A stretch of DNA of 37,549 nucleotides from Pelomyxa schiedti (GCA_020536535.1 JAHLWZ010000963.1:1-37549); one strand, 5' to 3'. Counted from the stretch's first letter, positions 1-11,900 are shown. Translations and numbers: made by a program. The notes: a model not told the origin generated them from the letters alone.

Positions 1-1124
1 TAGAAAACTCTAAGAACTCTATCCTCAAGATCATTAAGTTACTCCAAGAAGGCGATATTCTGCATGTTGTTACCTACGCTGATTATGCCAAAGTGATTTT
101 TCAAGAAGGCAAAGTCCATACTGAAAGTACCCTCAAAAACAAACAAGTTTTATCCACCCCTAAATTTCACAGGTGACAGACAGCAACTTTCTGAGAAAGT
201 ATCTTGGATATGCACTGAGGGGTCCACAAATATTTCCACCAGTTTCCTCCATCCTGTTATCAATATTTAAAGCATTCACCTCCTTTTGCAGGGCTCCAGG
301 CTGTGTATGGTCTATTTTCGAAGAACAGTAAAAATAAGAGGGTATTCCTGTTCTCTGATGGTGGTGCAAATGAGGGAATAATGGATGTTGCCTCTATGAA
401 TAAACTGGTTGGTGAAGCCTACAACACCCAAGGAATTTCAACCACTTCATTTGGCATTGGTCCACACTACAATCTGGTACATACAGCCTTTCATTTTTTT
501 GCAAAATAACACAAAGTAAGGAAATGATGAAAGGAATTTCTGACAGTGGCCACGGTCTTTACTTCTTCATAGATTCGATTGAATCCATAGGAAAACTAAT
601 TGATAAAGGCATGTGTGGCCTTACATCATTGTTCAGTACTGTGTCACAAACTTCCCACCCATAACAAGCAAGTCCACTCCTTGTCTGTGATATGGGCCTG
701 TGCTCTCCAGGTTAAAATTCACTCTGCACCCAATGTGCTAAATGAAAAACTTACCACCCCAAAGGAGGCCCAGATATACAAGCTTGTACACACCAATAAC
801 TTCACAGAAGCAGCTCACCTCAAGGAAGAAATATTAGCACAGCTCACCTCTGTTGAAGAGGATGACCCCTACGGATTTGTAAAGATCCTTGTCAACAAAG
901 GCAGGAAAGTGCTCTGTGACTACCAGTGCCTGGCTGTAGACAAGCTCATCACCAGTCACAACGAGACCATGCAGCGACACATTCAAGCACTTGATGTGCA
1001 AACTGTTGCCGAACCTGTCATGCTGAGGGAGGAAAGGAGGTGTGGGGAGTTGCTGGCCAAAGAAGCCCACAGAAAGATGGAAGAGGAGGCTGACTGTGAC
1101 ATGGGTTTCAGCCTGTTTGACTAA
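1..1124 (+). CDS. vWA-domain protein (5'-truncated, multi-exon) with a C-terminal ribosomal P-protein-like tail
   Basis: Spliced translation gives vWA motifs: LQEGDILHVVTY, EGSTNIS, RVFLFSDGGANEG, TSFGIGPHYN, GHGLYFFIDSIESI. The last exon ends MEEEADCDMGFSLFD* (TAA at 1122-1124). The MIDAS DxSxS lies upstream of the window. Confidence 0.85.
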
Positions 1125-1228
1125 ATAATCAATGTGTTTTTCCTGCCACACGAAACAGCCTTGGGTGCAGAATTCCTGTTTGGACTTTGTTGTTTGGAAA
1201 ATCTATTTTTTTTTTTTTATAGTCTGTT

Positions 1229-1590
1229 CTCAAAGCAAGCATAAAAATGTACTCCAACAAAGCAGGCAGGCATAAAAATGCACAATACACAAAGCAAGCA
1301 TAAAAATGCGCGAGAAACAGAAACAGAAACAAAGCAGGCATCAAAAATGTANNNNNNNNNNNNNNNNNNNNNNNNNNNNNNNNNNNNNNNNNNNNNNNNN
1401 NNNNNNNNNNNNNNNNNNNNNNNNNNNNNNNNNNNNNNNNNNNNNNNNNNNCACAAAGCAAGCATAAAAATGTACTCCAACAAAGCAGGCAGGCATAAAA
1501 ATGCACAATACACAAAGCAAGCATAAAAATGCGCGAGAAACAGAAACAGAAACAAAGCAGGCATCAAAAATGCACGAGCATAAAAAAAAA
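1229..1590. repeat. Higher-order tandem repeat (satellite-like) flanking an assembly gap
   Basis: The core CAAAGCA(A/G)GCAT(A/C)AAAAATG recurs with variable spacers. A ~120-bp four-subunit block (1231-1351) is repeated almost identically after the gap (~1454-1573). Confidence 0.9.
1352..1451. other. Assembly gap (100 N)
   Basis: Run of exactly 100 N, a typical placeholder for a gap of unknown size. Confidence 0.99.
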
Positions 1591-1760
1591 AAATAAATAC
1601 GCGTAAACACAACAAATAATAAACGCCAACTTCCGCCGTCCTTTGCTTTTTATGCAACGCTCCACCACAGAAACAACCATTTTTTTTCTCGGTGACTAGC
1701 GTTTCCAGCGCGTTTCGGGAACGTTTTTCAAGAGTTTAAGGTGAGAAGTAAAGAATTTTA

Positions 1761-2617
1761 ATGACAAAGTTTTATGTGCAGATCAGCTTAATAAACGAAG
1801 TTGAAAGAACCATTTTCATCAATAAAACCGTGGGTAAGGGTGTGACTATGCTGGGACCAGCATAGACATTGTCCATGTCGGTGATGGAAGCAACGTGAGC
1901 ACGTCAAGTGAAAAAAACCATTGTATTTACTGGTTGGTGTTTGTGATGGAGCGCGTGACCTAAATTGGGGGGACTTGTGGTGGGGACCATGGGCACAACA
2001 ACAAGTGTGAGCTACTCTCCTCTCGTTGCGTTTGTTTCCCCAACACAACATAGGACACCACTGTGACGCCGGCCACACCGCAACAGAACAAGCACAGCAC
2101 AGTAGGCATGCGCCAACATTTTTTTTTTGAAAATTTCCCTGACCCTACTTCCTGTAAAAGTGGGAGTTTATTCTTTTTCTTTCGGTACTGACACGATAAC
2201 CAGGTGTTGAAGATTTTGTCTATGACAACGTATGCCCTTTGCACACACCATCCTGACAAAGATGAAGTACACTTCTCCCTCTTGTTTTATCATCACCCCT
2301 CACCAATAACAGGCACCGCCACACACCTTGTCCCTGGTAGACAAGTCCGGACCATCTTCTCCTCTCCTGCCCCCATACCGCATGTTGGACAATATGCAGC
2401 ACAGGGTCCCCGGCATTGCACCTCTTTCTGCATTTCTGGCACCTGGTGCACTGGTGTGTGGTCTCTTTATTTCTCCATCTCACATACTTGAAATTAGGTT
2501 GCATACCACTTGCCACCCACTCCCGTTTTATCACCCCACTCAACAACTCTATCTCACCTGCTCTACCACTCAATTCCGCTCTTCTCCCTCTCACAAACAC
2601 AGCCACATAAAAAATAA
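1761..2617 (+). CDS. Hypothetical protein (multi-exon; 5' structure uncertain)
   Basis: Plausible GT-AG introns join ...VLKILSMTTYALCTHHPDKDE|APPHTLSLVDKSGPSSPLLPPYRMLDNMQHRVPGIAPLSAFLAPGAL|VAYHLPP...QPHKK* (TAA at 2615-2617). No family recognised; the start is a guess. Confidence 0.35.
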
Positions 2618-2694
2618 TTCCTTCAGGAAGAAGGGAGGAATGTGAGAACCGTACAAGAAAAACAAAGACGAGAGACATTGTGTGTTGTAGGTGC

Positions 2695-3394
2695 CTAAGT
2701 TTTACTCAAAATGTCTATCTTGATTAGTGTGTGGTAGGGTTGTTATGTTAAGGATCACCCAGTGTTCTGATCCCTTCTGTAAGGCATTGAGAAGCATTGA
2801 ACATCAGGAATTCGTGGTCGATTGTTGCACCATACTTTTTCCCTCTGTCGGAGATCTGGGAGAGCTCCACTTGGTATCGGGTAATTGCCGCCTGATGGAA
2901 TTGCTTTTGCAGCCACTCCTCGGTGGTCATGGCAAGAGGATCCTTTGATTTGTGATTTGGTTATTTGTTATTTGTTTCGTTATAGATGACAACCTGCGTT
3001 CTTTCCATAGATTCATGCACACACTTTTGCAGTTCCTTCACAGCATTATTCGCATTCCCATGACCGATGGTTGTGCCGTTGACTTCAGCCTGTGGTGCAT
3101 TAAGCTTGCAGCACTGAAATTTGTCAATGCCAGCGAGTTGCGGCTTAACTGTCAGCGGCTTAAGAGGTGTAGGGGCATCAGAAGACACTAACCTGACTTC
3201 CGCAGCTCTCGTGCTCGTTGATAAGAATCTATCCCAAGGTTTACCAACTCCTGCGCACTTGCCTGGTAGATTTCAAGGGGAGTCATATGCCCCAGTATCG
3301 CTAGTTCCTTCTCTTTTCGAAGCATTTTTTCCATCCTACGCAAATTAAGTTGTCGTTTTCTTCGTTGTAGCGTTTGTTACCTCTTTGCGCACAT
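2695..3394 (-). CDS. Hypothetical protein (multi-exon)
   Basis: Phase-compatible GT-AG splicing gives MCAKR|MEKMLRKEKELAILGHMTPLEIYQ...RELRKS|VKPQLAGIDKFQ...ESMERTQ|..TTEEWLQKQFHQAAITRYQVELSQ...IRTL|DILSKT*. No family recognised. Confidence 0.5.
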
Positions 3395-3587
3395 TGGTTA
3401 ACTTCACCTTTCGTCTGTTGGGGATTTTAGTGTTTCTTCTAAAGGCGTTCAGCGATAATCAGGCACCATTTGACCCCACAACAGCCTCCACAGTCAACTC
3501 TCGTAGCTACGATCTCTTCGTGCCTCCCATTCAATAACGCATTCTTTTGTTCTTCTTCGAAAAAACCAATTTCGTTTTCGCCCTTGC

Positions 3588-5302
3588 TCAGGAGCGATCC
3601 TTGTTGGGGAGGATTTCATCAGGATCGTTTAGAACGTCACGGACAAAATCCTCGTCGAACTCGGGCTCTGCCTCGTCGGGGTGTGCTGGGCCTGACCGTT
3701 GAGCGGGATTTGGACACAGAGTCAAAGTGGCAGCTGGAGCTGTAGTAGGAGGTGTAGATGTAGATTGAATTGCCGGGGTTGATGTGTCAATGAGGGCATA
3801 GTTGGGCCTGCCATCCCACTTGACCAACTGTGCGCCGTACTGTATTGACCTCAGGGCAATTGATAAGTTCTCTGGCTTGAGTACAGGAGTCCTGGTTTCG
3901 GCAGACGAAACAGTGTCTGCACTAGATGTTGTAGCACCCTGGGGCCTGAGTTTCTTCGCTCTAGTTTTCAGAATATAATCAAACTCCATATTGGAACGGC
4001 ACTGCACTGCCTTGATGTGCTGAACTGTCAACCATGAGGCTGTTGTCATCGTGATATCCTATTTTGCCTTAGTACAGAGAATCAAAGCTGAGAACACTCA
4101 CCTTCACGTCTGTGACAGGGTGTATTGTGGTGACACAAGCGGTGCTACTATCTTCAGGAGGGGCCGGAAGGGTAGTGCTTCCAGGAGTTGTAGTGGGATT
4201 GGGTTTGGGTTTGCTGGTACTCCCACTTGCACTGGGGTGGAGACTGGGCTGCCCATCTGGACTTGCACTAGATTCAGGAACCTTTTTGGTGCCATTGAAA
4301 TTAGTAACTGGAAGATAGTGAATTGTTGTAGTGGTAAAATTAATCTCTTACCCCAAGGTCAGAGTTGTTCACGTCATTCAACTCTGACAATGTGTGTATA
4401 TTTGTACTATTGCAGGAGGACGGTTTGGAACCCTAATGAGCAGTAAGTCGGTAAAGAAAAAATAGAGTAGAAGTTACTGGCAGAAGTTGTGCTCTCTTAT
4501 CTTCTGTAAGGTACCTGATCTGGCAGTTTGCCTTACCGAGGATGACATACGAACCAGTGCATCTCTCGGCATCCGCTGCTGTTTGGAAGCAGATGAACAT
4601 CCCAACAGTTCCGGTTGGGGAGGCCTTTTTGCTACTGGTTGTTAGGGGCGTGCTCGCGTAATTAATTAATTAATTAGAAACAGCATGGTTGCGGTGCCAT
4701 ACATTTTACGCGATGCCAAGGCGTCAAGCACTAGCTGAGGGTTGGTGTTAGCGGGCACGTTGCTCAAATAGCGCCATGTAGTGGGGTCCATCTTTTTCTT
4801 TGGAGCCACAGTCGAAGTACTGCTTGGACTGTACATGTTGCTTGCCTGGTTTTTTGTGTTGCTTTGATTTTTTGGACCGGGGCCCTTTTTGTCACAAATT
4901 CCTTTTGGCATCTGCTTCTTGCTTCTTCCTCCGGACTCTTTTTTTAGGCTGTTATTGCCGCGCAGGGTAATTATACATCACGAGGCCAAACGAATGTGGG
5001 TTCAAAGTTTCCAAATGCTTTCGCGTTGGCAACATATGGGCCGCAGTTGATGGAGTATGAGGCAGATGTATTCTCCAAGTCAGTCTCTTATTTGCATGAC
5101 AATAATTGAGCCAAGGTGTGAGTTGCGGTGCCCCTCTACCAAGGAGCTGATTGTACGGTAAGAATGACCTCTGGATCCCGGGCAGGTTCGTAGCTTCAGT
5201 GAGGCCAGTGAACGACACGAACAACTGTCGTGGCAAAACTACAATGAAATAGATCCAGCAGGTTGTCCAGGGTCGACTCGGGGAGCAGTCACACTCGCCC
5301 AA
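3588..5302 (-). CDS. Probable RRM-containing RNA-binding protein (start uncertain)
   Basis: RNP2-like WRYLSNVPANTNPQLVLDAL splices (GTATGG...ACCAG) in frame to RNP1-like VGMFICFQTAADAERCTGSYVILGKANCQIR. Further exons run down to an acidic C-terminus (EPEFDEDFVRDVLNDPDEIL...*). Confidence 0.5.
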
Positions 5303-5322
5303 TTCCGATTCCTACGCTTTAT

Positions 5323-5370
5323 GCGACACTTTCCGCGACACTTTCCGCGACACTTTCTACGACACTTCAC
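5323..5370. repeat. 12-bp tandem repeat (GCGACACTTTCC x ~4) in a probable promoter region
   Basis: gcgacactttcc gcgacactttcc gcgacactttct acgacacttcac, just upstream of the minus-strand RRM-like gene. Confidence 0.8.
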
Positions 5371-5523
5371 GTAAAACGGATAGATATGGATGGGGCTTTG
5401 GCAATCTACAGGGTAAACAAGTACTTGGGTTGACAAACACAACAGGGTAATGAACGTAAAACAAAGACCCAGTAACATGTTATTACAGAAGCTAAATACA
5501 GAAAGGACCACTCACTCACTGGA

Positions 5524-8500
5524 TTACCTACGTCCGGTTTTTATTGCAAGGCGAACTTTGCTTATTTCTTTGCACAGTTCCTCCAGTCTCTTTTCGCCTT
5601 TGATTTGGTACTGAAGCTGGTCCCTTGTTTTTGGGTGCCCTGCTTTCTTGTGTAGGTCACTTTCCAGCTGTGCCTTTTCAGTGGTCAGCTGATCCAAAAG
5701 TTCTTCCAATTGTTGCCTTGTGGGTTGCTGCTGTTGAGCCTGTTGTTGAGGGGGTGGTTGTGGTTGCATTTGCGGGGATTGGTCCCACTCATCCTGTGAA
5801 TATTGGTCATTTTCTGCGGTGTTAGTGGGGAGTTGTTGAGGTTCAAAGTATTCCTCCCTCACAGTGACTCTTTCTCGCCTTGGTTGGTTGTTTGGGGCCC
5901 GGAATATCCTCGGCGGTGCTACTGGTTCCTCAGCAAAAACGGAATCCGGCTCTCGCATTGTCTGTTTGTTGATGTATTTGGTTTAAGTTGTGGTTAGGAA
6001 GGAACAAGGAGGACACACGTTCACTCGGTTGAGCTCTCTTTCCAGCATCTTGCTCCGCATAGAAAGGCGGGAAACTTCTGACTCCAGTCTTGCTTGGTAC
6101 AGATGAAGTTCCTTAAGTTGTTGGTCTAAAATCATGTTTTCTGCCTAGAGTGGAAAGGTGAGAGTTCTGACGAGGTAGTCCAACACAACCTGTGATTCGC
6201 GGAGTTGCCTATCAAGAGAATCCATAGTTTTGGATTGTCTGGTGAGTTCCGCACATTTGTCATCATAACTCAGTTCCAACTCTGGTTGTGAAAGCTTAGA
6301 AATTTATATTAATAAGTTAATGTAGAAAACCGGACAATGCTCTTTCATTGTGGGTATGACGTTGCTGTGATCGCGCAAGTTGACTGGATAGATTGCACAC
6401 TTTCTCAGTTAATTGAGCATTCTAATATGTTAAGTTAAATTGAGAGTGGAAACTATGTTACCAGGTCTTCTGTTGTAGAAAGCTTTTTTTGAAGAAGGTC
6501 CATTTCTGTTTGCATGCTTGATAGCTGGACAGTGTTGAGACCGATTTGTGGAGAAAAGGGGAATTTACATGGGAAGAGAGCTCCCTTTCACGGCGCTTAA
6601 GTTCTTCTTCTGTGCGTTGCTTCTGCATGAGGATGTTTGATAAATGTGAATTCTCTCTATAAATGTATCAAAAGAGCCCCAACGGATAGTTAAAACCTTT
6701 CCCTCAAGGCAATAGCTTGCTTTGCTTTGAGGACGAATTCATCGAACTACTAGAGGGTAAGATGGGAGCGCTATATTTGCGTTTTTACTTGAGCTGTGAC
6801 AACAGAAAGATTTTCTTCTAATGACATTTTTTGCCCACTAAGTACTTCAATGACATGCTTCTGGCTCTCTAGTTCCTGCCAATAAGGTCAGTCATGTGAA
6901 GCCCTGTTCCTTATACTGAAAGAGAGACCTACTGCAGAGAAATTTAGCTCTTGCTCCCGAAGTGCTTGCTCGAGTTGGCCAATATCACTTTCGAGTTTCA
7001 GTATTCTCTTCTTAGAATTAGTTAAATCAAGGTAGGGATGTCTAGCAACATTCTCAGACTGAATCAGCATCGTTTCCTGGGGAAAACCAGAATTAGTGAC
7101 TTATGTTACAACAAAAAAATCACACTTGAACAAGCCGCGGTGGCTCTTGTTCTGCACTTGGTTGGTCATTTTTAGTTCACAAAATTTACTTTTTATATAT
7201 GTTTCTTTCAATTACAGAGAAGGATTTACAGTGCAGTCATTTGAGGCTGTAACGGACTCAAAGTTTCCAGATTTTGTACTTCAGGAACATGTGATTTCTT
7301 TGCTGGCAATTATTATACATAAACAACAGAAAGAGGGAAAATACCCTTGTAGGGGGAGGTGAATGTACAACCCGGGGTCGAGAGGTTGGTACAGGTGTGT
7401 CCTCGTTCAATTCATTCAACTGGGTCTCAGTAAGGGAAAAATCACCCTGTGATATTCCTTAGGAGTTCCATTTTCTGTGTCAAAGGACAAACTGGATTCT
7501 GGTTCTCTTTCTAAATAGGATAAAGGCAAAATAAGTTGCAAAAGGATAATATTATCTTACAGACCAGTTGAGTGCGTGGAGGCTTAGACCCCTTCCGATG
7601 GTGCTGTGTTGTTATTTTATTTTGGTAAGCAGTGTTAAGTGAGAAGGGCGGCCACACCTCTACAGTATTGGAGCCAGTCTTTTCGCCTTGAGGTGAACCC
7701 CTATACTTGTGCTACTCAGAAGTAGACAGAATAATAAAGGAATGCACCTGTGCCCACTGTGACCCAGTTGCCATAAACCCATTCATTGGGCTGTTTATGC
7801 CAACCATCATACCAGAGGATTCCAGTGGGTTTTCAGCTCCGTAATCCACTCCTATATCATGAAGCGATTTTCATCAGGTGATGATTGATGCCAAACTTGT
7901 AGTTTATTAGGGACTCACCAAGAGTGTTGGTGTTCACTTGTTCAACATCCAAATTCCCAGAGCTCTCCATCTCAGCCTGATCATAACTTTGCTGCCCCAC
8001 GTTACTCTAGGAATAAAAAAAAATTAACTTGAGCTCACCCCACCAGCGCACACAGTCAAATCTTTGGGTTTTTATATGTGTATATCTATCTGTACGTAGC
8101 AGTTTCACCTGCGCCAACCCACCCACAAGTGCATACCACGACCCTCTGCCCATGATGCCTCCTGCTTCTTCTCTTGTTGATCTGCTGCTGAGACTGGGGA
8201 TCGGCCTCGGGCTCGCCCTCGCCCCCGTCGTTGTCGTTGTTGTTGTTGTTTGTTCCCGCCGTCGCTGCGCCGCCGCGCGGGTCCCTGGCCCTGGCTGCTT
8301 CGTCGTCGCCGCCGCCGCCACCAGCACCACCCCCAGCGGCCGGGCCGCCGTCCTGGGGTTCGTTTGCGGTGGCCGTGCCGTAGCCCGTGAGCACCAGCGA
8401 CTCGGGGCCAGCGGCCTCCCCGTCGCCTTCGGTGGACGCGGAGCCCATCATCGCCGCGCCCCCGCCGTCACCATCTTGCGCCTGCTCTTGCTGCTGTTGC

Positions 8501-8688
8501 TGTTGCTGCTGCCTGGTTCCAGTGGTCCCAGAGGCAGAGGTCCGTTTTTGCTGCTGTTGTTGTTGAGGCTGAGGCTGAGGGGGCTGGGGCGGGGGATTGG
8601 GCAGCTCGGGGTCGCCGATCAAGTTGGTCCCCAGCGCAGGGGATTGCCTCGCCGCCCTCATCGCGACATCGCCGTTATCGTCTGCCAT
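5524..8688 (-). CDS. Coiled-coil protein with low-complexity N-terminus and MPHOSPH9-like C-terminal helical motif
   Basis: ATG at 8688 opens a GC-rich exon with poly-Q, poly-G and poly-N runs. Internal heptad exons include KKRILKLESDIGQLEQALREQE and QLKELHLYQARLESEVSRLSMRSKMLERELNR. The last exon, LDQLTTEKAQLESDLHKK...EKRLEELCKEISKVRLAIKTGRR*, resembles the MPHOSPH9-type C-terminus from memory. A single gene is assumed. Confidence 0.65.
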
Positions 8689-8982
8689 TAGTTTTGCGAC
8701 GTGAATGATTTCCGGGAACCGCAATTGCTTTGATGTTGGAAAAGGGAGAACTGCAATGGTGCAGTGGGCTCAAACCGATGAACGAAATGATATGATCTTG
8801 CAAAACTTTTTTTTGTATTGCTATTACTAGTAGTAAAAACAAAAAGTACACACTAGGGACACATTGCATAACTCCATCCATCATAAGACAGGGAGGATTG
8901 GTGGTTTGGTTGGGGAGCCAATAATACACATTTGGAGAAGCCATTGTGTGAGTTGCTGTTCATCCAGACAGGTTGCAGCCTT

Positions 8983-11900
8983 TCACCCTTTGCCCAGAAG
9001 ATTGAACTTTGCTCCAAACGAGAGCCTTTTGCTTCTGGTGGGTTGTGACAGCTGCCATATTCTGGCTATTTTGTCTCTTCCGCCGCTGAATATTCCGTTG
9101 CTATCCACATAAACACACTGAATTGATTCCGTGTGCCCTTTAACCTCTCTTATGCAATTCCCTCTGTGCGGGTCCCAAATTCGAATTATCTGCATGGTTG
9201 CTTGGGGTTAGCGAATAAACCGGAAGTGTGTAGCAAACAAAGCCAAGAACCTTCTCATCACTGCATGAAACTAGCTTTGAGTCATCAAATGAAAGCCGCA
9301 CAACAGGAGACTGAGTGAGGAATGTTTGATTGCACTTCATCAACCGAAGTTCCCATCGCCGCATTGTGCAATCAGAACTCCCGGTCACAAAAACGTTGTC
9401 ACCTGAAACAAGGTCTACAGTGGTCACTGACTTGCTATGCCCTTTTTTTCGCGGTTATTTTGTTTTCACGGGGGGGAAGATGTGGCCAAATATATACCTC
9501 CTAATGTTGTTATCAACTGGTAGGGGGGAGTGCGTGGATCCCAAATTCTTATGAAGCCATCATTGTAGCCTGTAACTATGACATCACTGTGGAATTTGGT
9601 ACAAAGAGGTATGCTCGGTTTCGTGGCTAAACCAAAGGAGCAAATGACGGTCCCCACTTGCAAGTCCCAAAGCAACAGGGTATTATCCACGTAACCTGCA
9701 ACAAGTTGGGATGTGTGCGCCGAAATGCTTGTGACTGCGCCGTGGTTTCCATCTAAAACCTGGTTTCCTCACTTTAATTACACTCCTGGAAATCAGGGTT
9801 TTCATACATGTAAAACTTTCTTGCTTTTGAGGTTCCAAAGACGAATGGACTTGTCTTCCGAGCAACTGGATACTTTTTAGAGTTATGGGGAGTAGCTTCG
9901 ACATACCTAATTAGAACATAACCAGGGTAGGTATCCGCCGTAACAAAATCAAGCCCATTTACTGCAGAAGTGTGAGACCGCAAAGTATGTGCACTTCGTG
10001 CCTTGTTCATATCCCATATCTGAAGATTATAAGCCATACAAAGGAGTTGCAGGGCACACTTTAATTGTCTTGTCACTGCTTGCAGTGTATACTCGAAATT
10101 TCTCATCCGCACCTTGCTTACAGCTGATTGCCAGAATAGTTTTATCATGACCCTTTAACTCCGTTGTAAAAATCTCTTTTTGAGCCCAAGCTTGCCTACT
10201 TGTAACAGAGGATACAAACAGCTGCCGCCAGGACTTATCTGAAGTGCAAGATTGGTAATTGGGGAAAGACAATTGTAATACGCACGTTTGATGATGACAG
10301 TATTGCAGTAATCCAGGCACACAAGTTGCCAAATATTATCGTCTTTCAAAACTTTCTCCCAAGTATGGCACACCTGTTGAAAATGGAAGATTGAGAGGAC
10401 TTTCTTACATGGAGAAATATGTACTAGAGATAGTTTCCCAACATCAGAGATGTCAAGATATTTCATTATAGTTGCGATCACATTTGGTGGAAGTGCTTCA
10501 AGCAAGAAGCGTGGAATTTCTTGTGGTACTACTCTAGGTACTCCTTGGGCGTTGGCAACTATTTTTGTGGCGTCGGTAGTCTGAGCAGACGAGTCTTGTG
10601 CAGTTGTTTCATTGACGGCACTACCTTCACTGAAACTTGCTGAGGAGGAGAGAGATGGAGATGAAATTGGAATTTCCAGATTGGATAGAGAAAGAGTGCC
10701 AGCAACTCGGGCCATTGTTAGAAAAGGATGTTTCATTAAAGTTTTTGTATCTGGCCGCAGAGAGGGATCCCTGAAAAAACCTATCAGAGAAAATAATCGT
10801 GTAAAGATGAGAAACCTTTGTAGGCAGATATCAAGAAATTGTTGTAGTTGTGGAGATAGATGCGATGGAATTTGTAACGGGGTGTTACTGTTACAAATCG
10901 GGAACATAGCGAGTGCTGGTTCTGGCAGAGACAATAAATCCAAGAAGATCCACTATGTGGAAGAATACCTGGAAATTGTTGGCTCCAAGGAGGTTTACCA
11001 GTAACCATTTCTACAACGGTACAGGCTAAACTCCAAACATCAGCTGGGCTGTTGATGGTGGAGGTAAATTGAATGGGTTTTTCGAATTTGTAATACTTAC
11101 GTGCCAACCGCATTCCCAAGCATAACTTCTGGTGCCTATGTAAGGTTCACTAAAGATATTTGATATTTTAAAAGTATGTTGGTGTATGTGGCTCTTTTTT
11201 TGTTTGTAGGAAAAACCATCCAAAATGGTGTACCCCGTACACTCATCTGCTGTGCATGGGCCAAATTATCTTTTTTTTTTTTTAACAAAGAGTGGGGACA
11301 ATTTACACAGTCAAAAAGTACCAGCAATTTTTCGTGAACACCCGAAATCAGAGAGTTTCACATTTTCTCTGCCGACTCCTGTATCAAGTAAGATATTTGC
11401 ACACTGGGTTCCAAATTAGAAAATCAAAGCAAATGTGGCTAGTACTTTAATGTCGCGATGTAGAATATTGCAGGAATGGAGATATGACAATCCCTGGAGT
11501 AGTTGCTTTGTATAAGATCGCACCATGTTTTCAGAGAAAGGTCCGAATTTGGATAATATAGAGCTCAAGGAGCCTCCACCAACATATCTTTGAGACTCTT
11601 CAGAAGGAGAAAAGTGATAATCGAAAAGGGGAGATTACTCCATGAAGATATTGAGCTTGAGGCCTTCAATTGTTGCTCCAAGGTATTTGACAATATTTGG
11701 ATGGTCAAGAGTTTTCATAAGCTGGATTTCTTGGTCATATGACTGGAGAAGCTATTTCAAGGTTACATTTTCTTATTTATTTGAAGTAAGTGCCACTTTT
11801 TGAGCTCTGTCGTCATCAGAGGGGTCTAATTCAATCTGTTTTGCAGCAAAAATCTCGCCGGTATCAGTGTTTATTCCCATGAAAACAGTGCCAAATCCTC

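Noticed and set aside
1229-1590. CRISPR-like repeat/spacer appearance
   Set aside because: The spacers are short, of unequal length and themselves repeated. The context is eukaryotic, and there are no cas genes or palindromic direct repeats.
3268-3276. In-frame TGA in an otherwise open minus-strand frame (DSP*NLPGKC), suggesting selenocysteine or readthrough
   Set aside because: A different frame (MEKMLRKEKEL...) with a canonical 44-nt GT-AG intron explains the region without recoding, and no SECIS was identified.
4660-4676. (TAAT)n palindromic run
   Set aside because: It is a short microsatellite inside a predicted intron, with no evidence of function.
5239-5511. ORF with KCRRKCRGKCRGKCR (protamine/metallothionein-like)
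   Set aside because: The peptide repeat is just the translation of the 12-bp DNA repeat in a short intergenic/UTR region. There is no supporting gene structure.
8007-8691. Long plus-strand and alternative-frame ORFs over the GC-rich exon
   Set aside because: These are shadow ORFs caused by stop-codon scarcity in GC-rich, low-complexity sequence.
8711-8719. TTCCGGGAA, a STAT-like site upstream of the 8688 ATG
   Set aside because: A single 9-mer is expected by chance and has no supporting evidence.
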